A stretch of 64,000 bases of DNA from Rozella allomycis CSF55 (taxonomy: Eukaryota): positions 1 through 64,000 of the forward strand of contig KE561038.1 of NCBI GenBank assembly GCA_000442015.1, written 5' to 3'. The notes under the pieces are model-generated. The model did no database searches. It saw only the letters and a program-made list of their open reading frames with translations, and was not told the origin of the DNA. Every line of letters starts with the position of its first letter. Position 1 is the first letter of the stretch. Below, piece after piece: positions 38,584 to 51,545 of this stretch. The position numbers and the translations under genes were made by a program.

Positions 38584-41500
38584 TTAATAATCATGAATAC
38601 TTGGTTTTGATACAGCTTGATCAATCTTTGAATCTATCAAAGAATTTGTAGAGATTTCACTTAGAGCGTTATTAAATAATGGAGTTGAATTATGTGATGA
38701 AGAATGATTGATAGTTTGATTGATGGTTGACTCTATAAATTGATCTGAAACGTTTTCCTTCTTTTCTTCTTCCCTTAGATGATTATTTTCTATAGGGTTT
38801 TCATTTTGAACAAAATTTGTATTAACAACTATTTCTTGAGCATTAGCTGTTCGCGAATGAGATGTTTCCTTAATAGGTTCATTTTCAGCGAATGTTTCTT
38901 CCTCTTTTAATAGCGAGGGTGTTTCTTTCAATCCTTCTATTGCTATTCCTTCTTGTTCCTCATCTACATGTTCAATTGCCTTTTCCTCTTCTCCTGGTTC
39001 AATTGCCTTCATCTCTTCAACCGGTTCAATTGCCTTCTTTGTCCCTTCTAATGGTTCAATAGATTTCTCATCTTGTTCAATCACTCTTTCTTCACTTTTT
39101 TCAATCATCATTGTCTCTTCTACTGGTTCAACTTTTTTAGTCTCCTCTTCTTGTTCAATAGGCTTCTCTTCATCTAACTGCATCTTATCATTCTCTTCTG
39201 TAGACTCAACTTTCGTTTGTTGATCTAACTGCATGCTTTGCTCTTCTATTAAGTTCTCCTTTGAAGGTTCTTCCTTTTCATCAATCAACATTTTCTCATC
39301 TTCATTTTCATTATCCAAAATAGATTCAATCTTCATCACATTTTCTTTTTCCTTCCTTTCCAGTTTTGGTTTCTTGATGCTTATTAAAATAGACTTTTTC
39401 TCGTTCTCTTCTTCATTCCTTTCTCCATTCTTTTCCCTATCACCTCTTGTCTCTTCATTCTCTTTTTGCTCAGATTCTCTCTTCTTCATAAAACTCTTAA
39501 AATGTTCCAAACGCTCATTAATCATTTCATTTGAAATTCTTCTCTTCTTAGGTGCCAAATTTATAGCTTTTAACCAGGGTTGCTTCATTGGCTTCTTCCA
39601 TCCAATGTACTTTACATCATATTCCCATTCTCCATTCACATTCTTCCTCTTCTTCAAGATCTATTTTCATCTACTTTATAAAGATTTACTTTGCATTCAT
39701 ATTTTATATTAATTTCAGGTTCAAGGGCATAAACTAGATCTCCGACTTCATATTCATTTTGTAAATTTCCTATTAGATCATCTATTTTTAGAAACAAAAA
39801 AAATTCATACCGCCAAATTTCTCATTTTCAAGTAGAAATCTATATTTTTCATAATTTCTTTCTCCAGTACTAAACGTTGACCAATAATACTTTGGATCTA
39901 AACTTCCAGTTTCTAAAAATTCCATCATTTGTTCAAAAATTGCACTATTCATAAAGTTTTCTTTTCTCAAAAGATATTTCATAAATTTATCAGAAAATGG
40001 ATCAAAAACTGAACATTGTTTTCCAGGGTAAAATTTTCTATCTTATCAAACTACTTTGATTACATTAAATTCTCTTCCATCGGAAACAATTTAACAACAA
40101 TCTCATACGGCTCCAAATCCTTTCTGATTTTGCCTGACAATTCATCCATCGGTATCACAATCCCAAATTCTGTATTTCTTATAAATACTACAAATGGCCC
40201 TCCATCTATTTTTAGATTCATCTATAGATTTACTTAAAATCTTTTCTGCCACGTGGGCTAGATTAGATTTAGCATTAGCCTCCATGGCCTCGGTCCAACT
40301 CTTCCTAATACAAGCCAACGTTCCAATCTTTTCTTCTGGTTTTTCAATGTTCTCTTCTTCTTCATCCCAATCTTGTTCTCTATTAGGCCATGGCACTTCA
40401 AATAATTCAGAGTGGCGATAACAAAATTCACAAATAATCTTTCCATAAATATCTTCTTTCAAATTCTCTCTAATAAACCAAGGGTTTTCTCTCTTCCCCT
40501 TGCAATATGGGCATTCCAACACTCCAATCTTCCCTTGGCTGTTTCCAAGACTAATTAAATGATCAAAAATAATCTCTGAATGCATTGGATAAGCTTTCTC
40601 CTTTTCATCATCCTTTTTAATCTCTTCAACAAACACCTTTGTGGTCCTCCTACAAGATCTTTGCAAAACTTTCTCTACATCAACATCACAATTCTTTTTA
40701 TTTCTATTTCAATTTACTCAAGATATTACTTTTCACATGTTTCACAATGACAATCTACATTGTTAGGACCAAAATAGTCATTCCCATAATAAACAAGGAT
40801 TTCTTTTCCTGTCTTGATTGGTTTTATCACTTTGAAATTTATATCGTTTCCTGATGATGGAATAAACTCTTTAAATTTTTTAATACATTTTACTTCAACG
40901 TTTGGTTCGCAATCATGGTTCACAAACCTCGCTGGTCCAAGTAACAGGCAATACGCTCTCTTCTTTGTTGACCAAAGTACACTAAAATCTCTTCCACCAT
41001 TATTCTGCAAATTTTCATCTTCTTCTCTCGACATTTCAACACTAACTCCCACCAAGTTCTTTATAACATATCCAGGCTCATAATCTCTCGTTGCAATCAC
41101 ACTCATCTCAACCTTATCAGTATATTTTTCAAACCTAAAAGTCTGACAAATCTCAAATCCAGTCTTCTTATCATACAGCCCCATAAACCTCTTCAAATGT
41201 CTATACATCTCACACACAGTCTCATAATTCATCCTCTCCCCCAAAAACGTGCCAATCCATTTCACCCTACACTCTCTCAAAATCCTCATCGCACTCTCAA
41301 ACATCTCAACCTTCTTCATCTTAATCCCATCAATCACACTCTCCCGAAACTCCCTCCCAAGCTCATCGCTATTCAGCAACAGCATCTCAAACGCCGCCTG
41401 CTCCAAATTATACTTGCCAGTCAACAGCGAATCTATCACCCTCTTTATATCGCTCACTGATATCACCTCCCTCAGACTCTTATACCCAACATTAAATTTA

Positions 41501-41607
41501 TGACACGGATTCGGGAGCTCTAACATGTCTAAAAGTACGTCAGAACTTATATCGTCTATATCTAGAAACGCTTGGAATTCAACACGTTTCTGGCGCGATA
41601 AAATCAT
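38584..41607 (-). CDS. SET9: Histone H4K20 methyltransferase Set9/Suv4-20 with extra C-terminal domains
   Basis: DDISSDVLLD, RDFSVLWSTKK, LGPARFVNHDCEPN, YYGNDYFG...CHCETCE; spliced to a CxxC..CxxC region, a Tudor-knot-like YDVKYIGW and an acidic tail. Confidence 0.85.
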
Positions 41608-41829
41608 GACAATTCAGAAATTTACAAAATATTGCGCATGGGTAATTTTCATCAAATTTATATACTAGCCATAGCTAATTGAACAGTGTTTGAATATAAA
41701 GTTTTTGCTATAGGGAAATGGTAGTTTGCCCTTTAAGGTTTGCAAAAAGGTACAAATGAACTGAAATTGTAAAATCTCCTTTTTATTATTCATGCCTAGT
41801 TGATCATTCGATCATGTAAAGTTTAAATA

Positions 41830-42720
41830 TCAAAGTTCGGTTGCGAATGCATCTTCCATGGTCTCAAGTTCCTTTTTGATATCGTCACACTCTATATTTT
41901 CAATCAATTTATAAACTTTTACCATTTGGATATAACTTTATGCATTCTTCCCAAGTTTCTATCGCCTTTTCAAAGTAATCGCCAGCCTTGTCATCGTTTT
42001 CTTCCAAATTTGACAATTCCAAGTAACAAAAGCCCAACTACGCTTAATACATCAAACCAAGCCTACCTGCTTCATAGCCCCACAATTATTTTGGCTCTTC
42101 AAAATTTCGAGAACCTCTTTTAAACGATCATAGCGTGCTTTATCTTCCATTTCAACCTTGGTGGCCAACACAAACTTAATCGTAGATAATAACGACTGTG
42201 CATTCACCCGCTGTAAACAATTTTCCAAAGAAACTATGGTCGTTACAACGAATTCTTCAATTTTTGGCATTTGCTGAAACACATGGACGAATAACTCCAC
42301 ATCTTTAACATCCTTTGCCTTTTCAAAATAATTACAAATATTGTTAATCAAAGCATCATCTTTTTCGTTTTTCGCAAACAGTTTCAGCAGGTAGCAATGA
42401 ATCAAGTCACTGCATTCTCTGTCATCCTTTTCAAGAACACTTATAGATTCATCCAAGAGAGCTTCTGACTGAGTTAAAATATAGAGTTCTTTTAAAATAT
42501 TCGCTTTCAAACGGTCGTCCGTACAGATACTTAACGCCTTGTCTAAAATTTCCTTTGAAATTATTTCATCTTGTTCTGCAATCGCGGCTGAATATAATTC
42601 CTCCGCGGACGCTCCTTCTAATGGTATTTCAATGTCGTCTTCTTCGTAAACTGTCTCGTCTTGTGACTTTCGTTTCATGTGGCTTATATGAGACTGCGCC
42701 GTCGGCTTGGACAACGGCAT
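41830..42720 (-). CDS. Helical/TPR-like hypothetical protein
   Basis: 222-aa exon plus two spliced exons (LGFCYLELSN...AGDYFEKAIETWEECIKLYP); KRK NLS-like N-terminus. Confidence 0.6.
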
Positions 42721-42818
42721 AAAGGACGTTTAAGCTGCAGTCGAAGACACAATATTTTTTTAAAATTTTTTCANTTTTTTTAAAAAATTTTCACTTTTGA
42801 GACTTTTCAGGAATTGTA

Positions 42819-43346
42819 ATGACTAAAAAAGTGGGAAGTCTGACTCCTGAAAAAATTGAAAGTCCGGCACCTGACATAGTTGGAAGTCCGGCACCTGAAA
42901 CAATTGCAAGTCTGGATCCCGAAAGAACGATAAATCGTCGTAGGCACTATACGATAAGGGAAAAATTATATTTCCTTTCAATATTAAAGAAACCAAAGGA
43001 AGAGAGGTTAGTGGAAGAGACCAGAGCGCTCGAGGCTATACCGCAGAGAAATTTAAACCGCTGGCGCAAACAAGAATGCAGATTTTTAGGTGTTCAAAAT
43101 AAAAACGACAAGAAGACATTTCATAAAGGATTCAAGCCGATTCATGATGACATAAGTGATCAGATACTTGAGCTTGTAAATGATTTCAAGGCTTCATTGA
43201 AACCCATTAATTGCACAGACTTGACTAAGATTGTGCGTGACCGATTTCCGCTTCAACTGGGGGACATGTCGTTTGAAGCAGTGCGCTCAATGCTTCGAAG
43301 ACTATTAAAAAGAAATGATTGTAAACTAAATGCACAGTCATCATAA
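42819..43346 (+). mobile_element. Pogo/Tigger/CENP-B-like transposase DNA-binding portion without DDE domain
   Basis: RRRHYTIREKL...LNRWRKQ (first HTH) followed by G.KP..D....V......PI......F...F.....RRLLKRN (CENP-B-type HTH); ORF stops before any catalytic domain; no TIRs seen. Confidence 0.6.
42837..42932 (+). repeat. Four degenerate 24-bp tandem repeats (8-aa SPAPxxxx-type units)
   Basis: agtctgactcctgaaaaaattgaa / agtccggcacctgacatagttgga / agtccggcacctgaaacaattgca / agtctggatcccgaaagaacgata. Confidence 0.85.
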
Positions 43347-43436
43347 ATTATTTAATAAACATTCTTTTTAGCGTAAATTATGATCACTCCCTATTTTGCC
43401 ATCAAAATTACTTTTCCAAACTACGATTTTTACAAA

Positions 43437-46400
43437 ATGAATGTCTTACACCAGCAGGTAATAAAAAGCACCCCGTTAATAAAAAATAGTTGCTAGCCCC
43501 ATCGGCTGTGAATTTTTCATTAATGACCAACCATTTTGTAGCTCCCAAAACACCCGCACTAGTAGTTGCCAAATCCAACATTTTGTGCATCTACCTCGTT
43601 AAAAAAGACACTTTAAAGCTCTTGTATCAAAGAGAGTTGTTTGGTTTTATTTGCGGGATACAAAAAGCTGCACTTGATAGGGAAAAGAACAAGGAGTATA
43701 TTTTGCTCGCGTTTTCCGAGGCCAAGGTTTGTATTTGTGTGGTTTGTGATAGGTTGCTTGGATGGCGTTTGATAATGAGAAATTGGAACTTGAAACAATG
43801 TCGATTCATTTTTTTGAGCGGGATGAATTCAAGGTATGAGATTGGGATGATTGTTATAGAATGAATTTACGAAAAAGTTTGTCAGACCTAAATTGCTAGT
43901 GGACCCGTCGAATAGATGTGCAGCATTGAGGGTTTACGATGAATATTTAGCTGTTATACCGTTTGCCAATAGTGATACTACTGAATATGAATCGTAACAA
44001 CAATATAATTGCTGAATTTAGGAAAACATTGTATCAGCCTAGTTTTATGATAAGATTTAAAGATTTGAACAAGGCAATGACATTTGTTACTGACATTGTA
44101 TTTTTGCATGGGTACTATGAGCCAACACTTGCCATTGTGTATCAATCAGCACCAACGTTTAGCGGACAATTGAATTTTAGAAAAGATACAAAAATGATTG
44201 AGATATTTTCGCTGGATATCAAGCAAAAAATATACACGAGCATTCATAAATCAGCCAACCTTCCGCATGATTTGAATAGTTTGACTGCATTGCCGAAACC
44301 AACAGGTGGTGTGTTGGGGATATCTCCGTGTGCGATATTTTATGTCGGCCAGACTTCTCCAATGTATTCGGTGCCTCTTAATCCATTGGCGAAAGAAGGA
44401 TCGAATTTTCCATTTTCGGACTATAGTCAGGAAGGACAAAAAACGCTTGCTAATTCGTCGACTTTTGTGTATTTAGAAAATGATTATGGACTTTTAATTT
44501 TACGAAGCGGAGATTTGTAATTATGAATAGTGAATTTTAACATAGGTATTTGACGCAATTCGTGAGGGATGGAAGAAGTGTTAGTAGGATTCAATTGGAA
44601 AAGACTGGGGCGAGTATTACAGCTTCATGTGGATGTTTGATTGACAATAGCCGGTTCTTTTTAGGATCCAATTTATGTGATTCGCTCGTGATAAAATTTT
44701 CGAAATCGAGTATATTTAAGAAGAATGAGGTTAGAGAAGAGGATGATTTGTTTATTCATGATACAGAAGTTGGTGTTTCAACATTCTCATTTTCTGTTGA
44801 AAATACATTGATGAATTTGGCTACAATTAGAGACATGGCAATTGGTATTTCATCAAACAAAGTTGGGTCTAAAGAAAAGGTTGAAAAAGAGTTGGTTGTT
44901 TGTTCTGGTTACGGAAGAAATTCAAGTTTGGGAATAGTTCATGTAATAAATATATTTGTGATGAAATAGACAAATCTTCGCTATAATGTAGCAATGTCAA
45001 CAGAATTGAATATAACGAATTGTAGCAACATTTGGTCGTTAAAGTTTTCGTTTCAAGAATATGATCAATTCATCATAATTTCTACAACCAATTCCACTCT
45101 AGTTTTGAAATCAAATAACGATGAAATTCAACAATTGGAATCGTGTGGCTTTTACACTTCAGGGCCTTCTATTTATTGTGGATCGATTGAATCAACTGAC
45201 TATATCTTTCAAGTGTATCAAAATGGAATTAATATTCTCAATGTTGGTGCAGAGCTAGTGAATGAAATAAAGTTTACTGATGATGACATTGTTGGGTGTT
45301 CGTGGTGTTTTCCATACTTGGCTTTGAAGCTTCGTAATGGAAATTTCAAATTAATGAAATTTGAAAATAACAATTTCGAAATTTCAGAAATAAAAGAATT
45401 GGAAGAAGATCAATTTGTTTGTGTTCAAGTGATAAATGACAAATATGGGCATTTTAATAAAACAATTTTGAATGAAGTGGATGATATCCAGATGGTTCCA
45501 AATGTTGATGAGATGGCAGAGGAGGATATGGAACTTGACATGGATATTTATGGAGAAACAGTTCGTAAAACAACCAATGAAGAGCCTTTGATTGAACATC
45601 AAGAGATTGATAAACCTTCAGCGGTTGTTGAATGGTATTTAATTCTATATCGACCCAATGGATTATTGCAAGTAATTAATACAGAAAGAATTTAAAAGAT
45701 TGTTAGAATTCCCACTATGGAGACTATTTTTGCATCAAAGTTTTTTAATTCAGCGACTGACTGCTTGGTGAATGAAGTTGACTCTTATCAAACGCAAGGT
45801 CCTTTACACACAATTTTCAATGAAATAAAGTTCTTGGATAATGAACACACGCCACTGCTATTAGCGTGTAATGAAACAAAAGATTATGTTGTGTACAAAT
45901 TGAACACTTATATAAATTCAATTGTGTTTGTTAAACATAAAGATTCATTTTCATTAATTTCAGAAAATAGATCTGAAAAATCAGAAATTGATCAAATCAT
46001 TCCATTTGAAAATATTGATAATTACAGTGGATTTTTTATAAAGGGAAATTCACCAGCGTTTGTGTTGATTGGTAAACTTGGATATCCCAGAATTCATAAA
46101 TCAACGTTGGATGGGAATATTGTAGCGTTTACTCCCTTTCATGGGACATTTGCACAGCGTGGATTCATTTACATCAATGGCAAGGGGAATTTAAATATTT
46201 GTGAATTCTTTCCATTCAACAATCTTGATTATGATTTACCAATTAGAAAGATTCCATTAAAAAGAACTCCAATGAAAATTGCTTATCATTTAGCCAGCAA
46301 TACTTACACGGTAGCCACTTGTGTGTTTGAGCCATTTTCTTATGATAGAGAAAACGATGTTTTGGAAAACGCTGTTGATAAACGTAACGTTGATTGATGG

Positions 46401-47639
46401 TGTTTAATTAGCGTCTGAATTCCCACCGTTTGTTTCAAAATATCAACTTGAATTAATTTCACCAACTACGTGGGAAACAATCGATATTCTTGAGTTGGAT
46501 CAGAATGAAAGAGTCATGACTGTTAAAGAAGTTAAACTGAAGAGCAAACAACACATTTCTGGATTCAAAACTTTTATTGTTGTTGGGACTGCGTATGTCA
46601 GGGGTGAAGATGTTGTAGTTAGAGGAAGAGTAATTCATTCTATTCATGTATATTAAGGTTATAATGTTGGATGTTATTGATGTCGTTCCAGATCCAAACA
46701 ATCCACAACGAAAGAATAAATTTAAAGTTCTTTACAGTAAGAACGGGACTGGACCAATTGAAAGAGGTCCAGTAAATGCGGCTGTTGCTGTAAACGGCTA
46801 TCTTGTTACAGGTGTTGGAAACAAGGTAATTTCTCTCTCTATATAATATACGCTAGATTTTGGTTGAATCATTTGAGAGCAATGAAGATTTAGATGGATT
46901 GTCTTTTAATGACTACCCCCTGTTCTGTCATGATTTGGCGGGAATGAGAAATTTCTTTGTTGTTTGCGATTCTTATAAATCTCTTTGGTTTATGGCATTC
47001 CAAGTACATTATATTCTATATTAATAACGATAGGAAGAACCAGCGAAAATTGCCATCTTGGGTAAAGATTATAGAGACATGCAAGTGGCCACTGCTGAAT
47101 TCATGGTTGACGAGTCCACTTCTTACGTGACAACTTCTGACGTTGATGGAAACGTTGTATTCTTTTCTTATTCACCAAATAATCTAAATAGTTTTGCTGG
47201 TCAGCGATTGTTAAGAAGAGGCGAGATATTCATTGGATCTTCAATTTATAAACTCATCAGGCTGGCGAAAGAAAATTCTCCATCGTGCGACTCAACCAAA
47301 ACCAAACCACTCTTAAATTGCTATGGGTCCATTGATGGTGGCATAGGCTGCTTTGTTCCTATACCCGAGCAACAATACAGAAGACTGCTACTTCTTGGAA
47401 CTACGATGTGTCATCAAGTGTTGCATGAGTGTGGATTGAATCCAAAGGGGTTTAGACAAGTGGCAAACAGAGAACTTGGCTCATCGCTTGTAAAACCTAT
47501 TCCTGACAGTGTTCTGCTTCAAAAGTTTATAAATTTATCTAAATCAGAACAGTTGGAATTGGCAAGAAAGATTGGAAGCTCAATCAAATTAATTAACGAT
47601 GACTTGCATGACATACAAGAAGCCACAAGTCTATTTTAA
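43437..47639 (+). CDS. CFT1: Cleavage and polyadenylation factor CPSF160/Cft1
   Basis: LLAFSEAK, TMSIHFFE, VDPSNRCAAL, FLHGYYEPTLAI, FFLGS, VVGTAYVRGED..RGR, GKDY, GLNPKGFR. Confidence 0.92.
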
Positions 47640-48242
47640 TGTCAATAAATAATAAACATTATTTAAGTGATCTACGTTGGTTAATTTTTATTTGAGTAAT
47701 ACCCGCAACAGATTCAAGTTTTGAATTTATCTAGGGTTTATGGAAAGCAGACAAACGTCGAATTGCAACAGGGCAATTGTGTAGGTGTGGCCCCACCGCT
47801 TGAAATGAAGTTGGCGACTGTCACTTTTATAAATTAAGAACTTACTCCATTTTGTATTACGTATAGGGCGGTTTCAAAACTAAAGCCTACAAACTGGCAA
47901 TTACCCTTCTTAATTTAATCACCGAATGTTGTTAGTGAGTCTGAGACTCTGAGTCGCGGAGATTCAACTTTCGCATCAGTATATTTTAGCTTTCGCGTCA
48001 GTTTATTTTTTTGTTGTAGAATTTTATTTTAGTGGAGCAAAAGAAATCTGATCAGCTTAGTCGTCGTGGAGCGTCTTCCTCGACGGGACCCAGGCATTAA
48101 TCTGCTGTTGTCCAAAATCAGCATCACCTCAAATATTTATAAATGACACTTTTGTAAGTTGTCACCCTACTGATAATTGGCTTAAAGTGAAAAAGTATTT
48201 AAACCCCGGTAACAAATATCATAAAACTTGTGGGTAAAATCT

Positions 48243-50436
48243 TTATTTGTTCACATTTAATCCTAAAGCAATATCCACAATCTTTTCGATTCTTTCATTC
48301 TCAGGAGCATCATCAGATGCTCTACGGCGCTTTCTTAAATTTGGAGATAGTTTCAAACTGGTCACCGTTCCTTTATCATCGCCAACGAGCAAAATGGGTT
48401 CATTTGGATTAAAGGCTAAATGCGTGAGTTTAGACTTTTTCGTTATTTGCTGCTCGCAAAGTGGCTCATATTTGTTTTCATTGAGATCAAATACAAACAC
48501 CTTTTAACATAAAATTTAATGCATTACTTTTCCGTCTGCTGTACATGCTGCAAACACAGTTGATGAATATGGCGACCAGCAAACGTCACCTACTGAACTA
48601 CTCAAGTCAAATGTTAACGCTGCTTTTGATGAATCATGATCCCACAACTTTACAGTCCAATCTGCAGAGGCAGAAAGAAAACATCTTGATGAAAACGGAT
48701 TATACTTTAGTGCGTAAACATTCATATTGTGTCCCTCAAAACTCGCAAGATATTCATTGTGATATGTCTTTGAACATTTATGGATTTTTCCTTCTTCCGT
48801 TCCAACTACAAACAAGTGATCAATGTTTGGACAAAATGATATACAGGAGGCAGATGCGAATCCAAAAAGTTCGTCTTGATCTTCCTGCAATCCTGATACT
48901 AGATCCAGCTTAATGATGTCTGTATATAACAGCTCATTTTTCACAAGTGTCCACTGTGTTACCCTGCCGTCGGACGACACTGAATAGAAATTTGTATTTC
49001 CGTCTAAATCTTCTGGCCCCCACATAACCTGCCACACTGGTTCCGTATGTTTTCCTTCTCGTGAGTCAGATTGGTAGATTGCATTGGAACTCTTCCTCTT
49101 CAAGTCGAAAACACAAACTGAGCCATCATAAAATCCGGCAACTATCATGGAAGGGTCTTGCTTATGGAAATCCAAAGACATGACACCAGAGTCAGTTTGG
49201 TAAATAAACTCTGGGTGTGAAGGGTTCTTTAAAGAAAAGCATGCTATCATTCCAGGACCTTGGCGCATAAAATCATATGATCCGTAGCCGACTGCAAAGA
49301 AATCTTTGTATTGGTAATTCCACGCAACCGCGGTCACTTGTTTACGCTTGTCTACTTCACAATTAAATGTCCATAAAGGAAGTAAAGTTCCTTTTTACTG
49401 CTTTTTATAAATTGCTACCTTTTCCCTCGCGAAATTCATCGGAAGCATCTTCCCAATATTTGTAGTCCTGGGCAACATCTTCATAGGTGTTTTGATTAGC
49501 CATTCTTTCCAATATTCTAAATGATTTGGCTAGTTCTTGGCGACTCATTACATCCTCGTTATGGGCTTCAGTTGGTAAAGTGTTTATTTTTGACTCTTCT
49601 TTTGCACCCTTTACTTTTTCGCCACCAACAGCCTATATAAAAACGAAATTGAAAATACCTTGGCTTTCTCTTTAGCTATTTTCTCTTTAGCGATTTCATC
49701 TTCAATGTACGAGTCATAAATTTCCCATTGCGTCACAGACGCAGAGAATGTCTTTTGGGGCGGTGGTTCGGTATTAGTTGAACGATCCTATATAAATATA
49801 TTCAATTCATAACCTTAAAAGGGTGATTAATAGACTGTGCAGCTCTATCGCTGTAGTTGAACTGGTTCTTGGTTGTCGCCTTTTTGACTTCAACTACTGC
49901 TTCCCCATTTTCATCAACTTCCTCATTGTTAGGCGCAGATTTCTTTTCAGAAGAATCGATTTTTGGAATCTGTGAATTTGATACAACAGTAGTTAAAGTT
50001 TGACCTCCAATAATGCCATCAAATTTCCCTTCCTCATTCAAGATGAAATATCTTTTGTATGACAACATAAACATTTACCCGTCATTCTCAAAATGCAGCA
50101 CATGATGCTCTGCATTCGGAATAGTTTTGTAAGCTTTCTCTTTAAAATTGTAGCGTGATATGTTTTGAGCTGCCCTTGGATTGTTGGCATTCAAAATGCG
50201 CGTGAATTCTTCGTTTAACTCCGCTTCTGTTAGTTGTTCCTGGTCAGCTGGCTTAAGAATAGTTTTCTATTTTATCTTATAGGTTAACATACTCCAAGCC
50301 TATTTGCATTGCTTTCATCTTGATTAGACTTGATTGAATCAACAGAAGCTGTTCGACCTAAACCTTCCTTTTCAGTCTATTTCAATATTAAATATTCAAG
50401 TACTTTTGGCCTTCTCGTGGATCTCATTGTCGCCAT
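48243..50436 (-). CDS. DNAI1: Axonemal outer-arm dynein intermediate chain 1 (IC78-like)
   Basis: [74 protein letters not shown]. Confidence 0.92.
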
Positions 50437-50518
50437 TTGTAATTGTAAACAAAAGCCACAAACTGAATGAAAATTTAAGAGTTAAAACAAATCTAACTGT
50501 TAATGAAATATTTTTATT

Positions 50519-51478
50519 CTATTCCTGTCGTTTTAATAAGGTTAAGAGTGGATGGCTTTCATTCAGGTAAAAGGTGAGAGCCCTATTCTTAAAAATATTT
50601 GAATCTATGCTTAGTAAGTCGATAATGTCATCAAGAAGATGTGAGTGCCCAGCTATCATAGCTTTTGTTGGCTCCACATCACAATGAACAATGTGGACAT
50701 GAAAATGATAATACGAAGGATGGTAATGAACAAACATTCTCAATTGATCAGCTTCAATTCCATACTTTCCTTTTACTATTTCCTCTGTTTTGCTTTTAAT
50801 GTTTTTCAATAAAGGTATATGATCGGAAGAAAGCTCCCGTATACAAATTATAGGACATTTGGAGATGGCTAAAAGATACATATTTGTCATAGTTGTCCTA
50901 TCCCATTTACTATCAAAATCTAAAATATCTATTTACCTATCTGGTAATAAGACAAATCCATCCTTTTCATCTTCGTCAAAGATAATTACATCATCCTGCT
51001 CTGCTTGCTTGTTCAAGATTTTAGTGACCCAAAGAGTCCTTTCCTCAGGCAAAGATTTGATGAAAGGCAATGTTTTTTCCAAATACATATTGTACGTTTC
51101 CGTAATTTTAAATGCCTTCGATTTCAGATACTTTCTTATATGAAGAATTGTGCACGGATATATGACTTTCATTCGAAAATTTGATTCCATTTTATCCAAG
51201 TACCGATAATATACATCGTTGGAAGCGATTTTTGCTGCTGATTCACGTAGCGGAAGCAGATTTTTATATTCTGTATCTCCAAATAAACATTTTTCGACGA
51301 TACATATAGCAAAGACGTTGGTGTTAAATTTTAAAGTATCTTCACAGAACTTAATTATTTCAACTTGATCTAATTGATCCACTCCATGTGAAACTTCCTC
51401 TTTTGCATACAAAACAAATGAAGTTTTTGTGAGTGCACATTCTTGTAGAAGATATAAATATTTAAACCCCTCTAGCAT
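50519..51478 (-). CDS. DCS1: Scavenger mRNA-decapping enzyme DcpS
   Basis: IYPCT..HIRKY, ETY..Y, LLPD.KWD, FVHYHPSYYHFHVH. Start could be 51478 or 51547. Confidence 0.9.
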
Positions 51479-51545
51479 CGTCTTTACTGGTAAGTGAAGT
51501 CTGTCTTTTGAGGGCAGGGGTATACCGTATACGGTGGACCCTAGC

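Noticed and set aside
42837-42932. CRISPR-like array
   Set aside because: Contiguous in-frame coding repeats without spacers, in a eukaryotic genome.
47861-48190. RNase P/MRP-like snippets (GTCTGAGACT, GGCTTA)
   Set aside because: No GGAA in the CR-I position and no complementary P4 partner; not assignable to a family.
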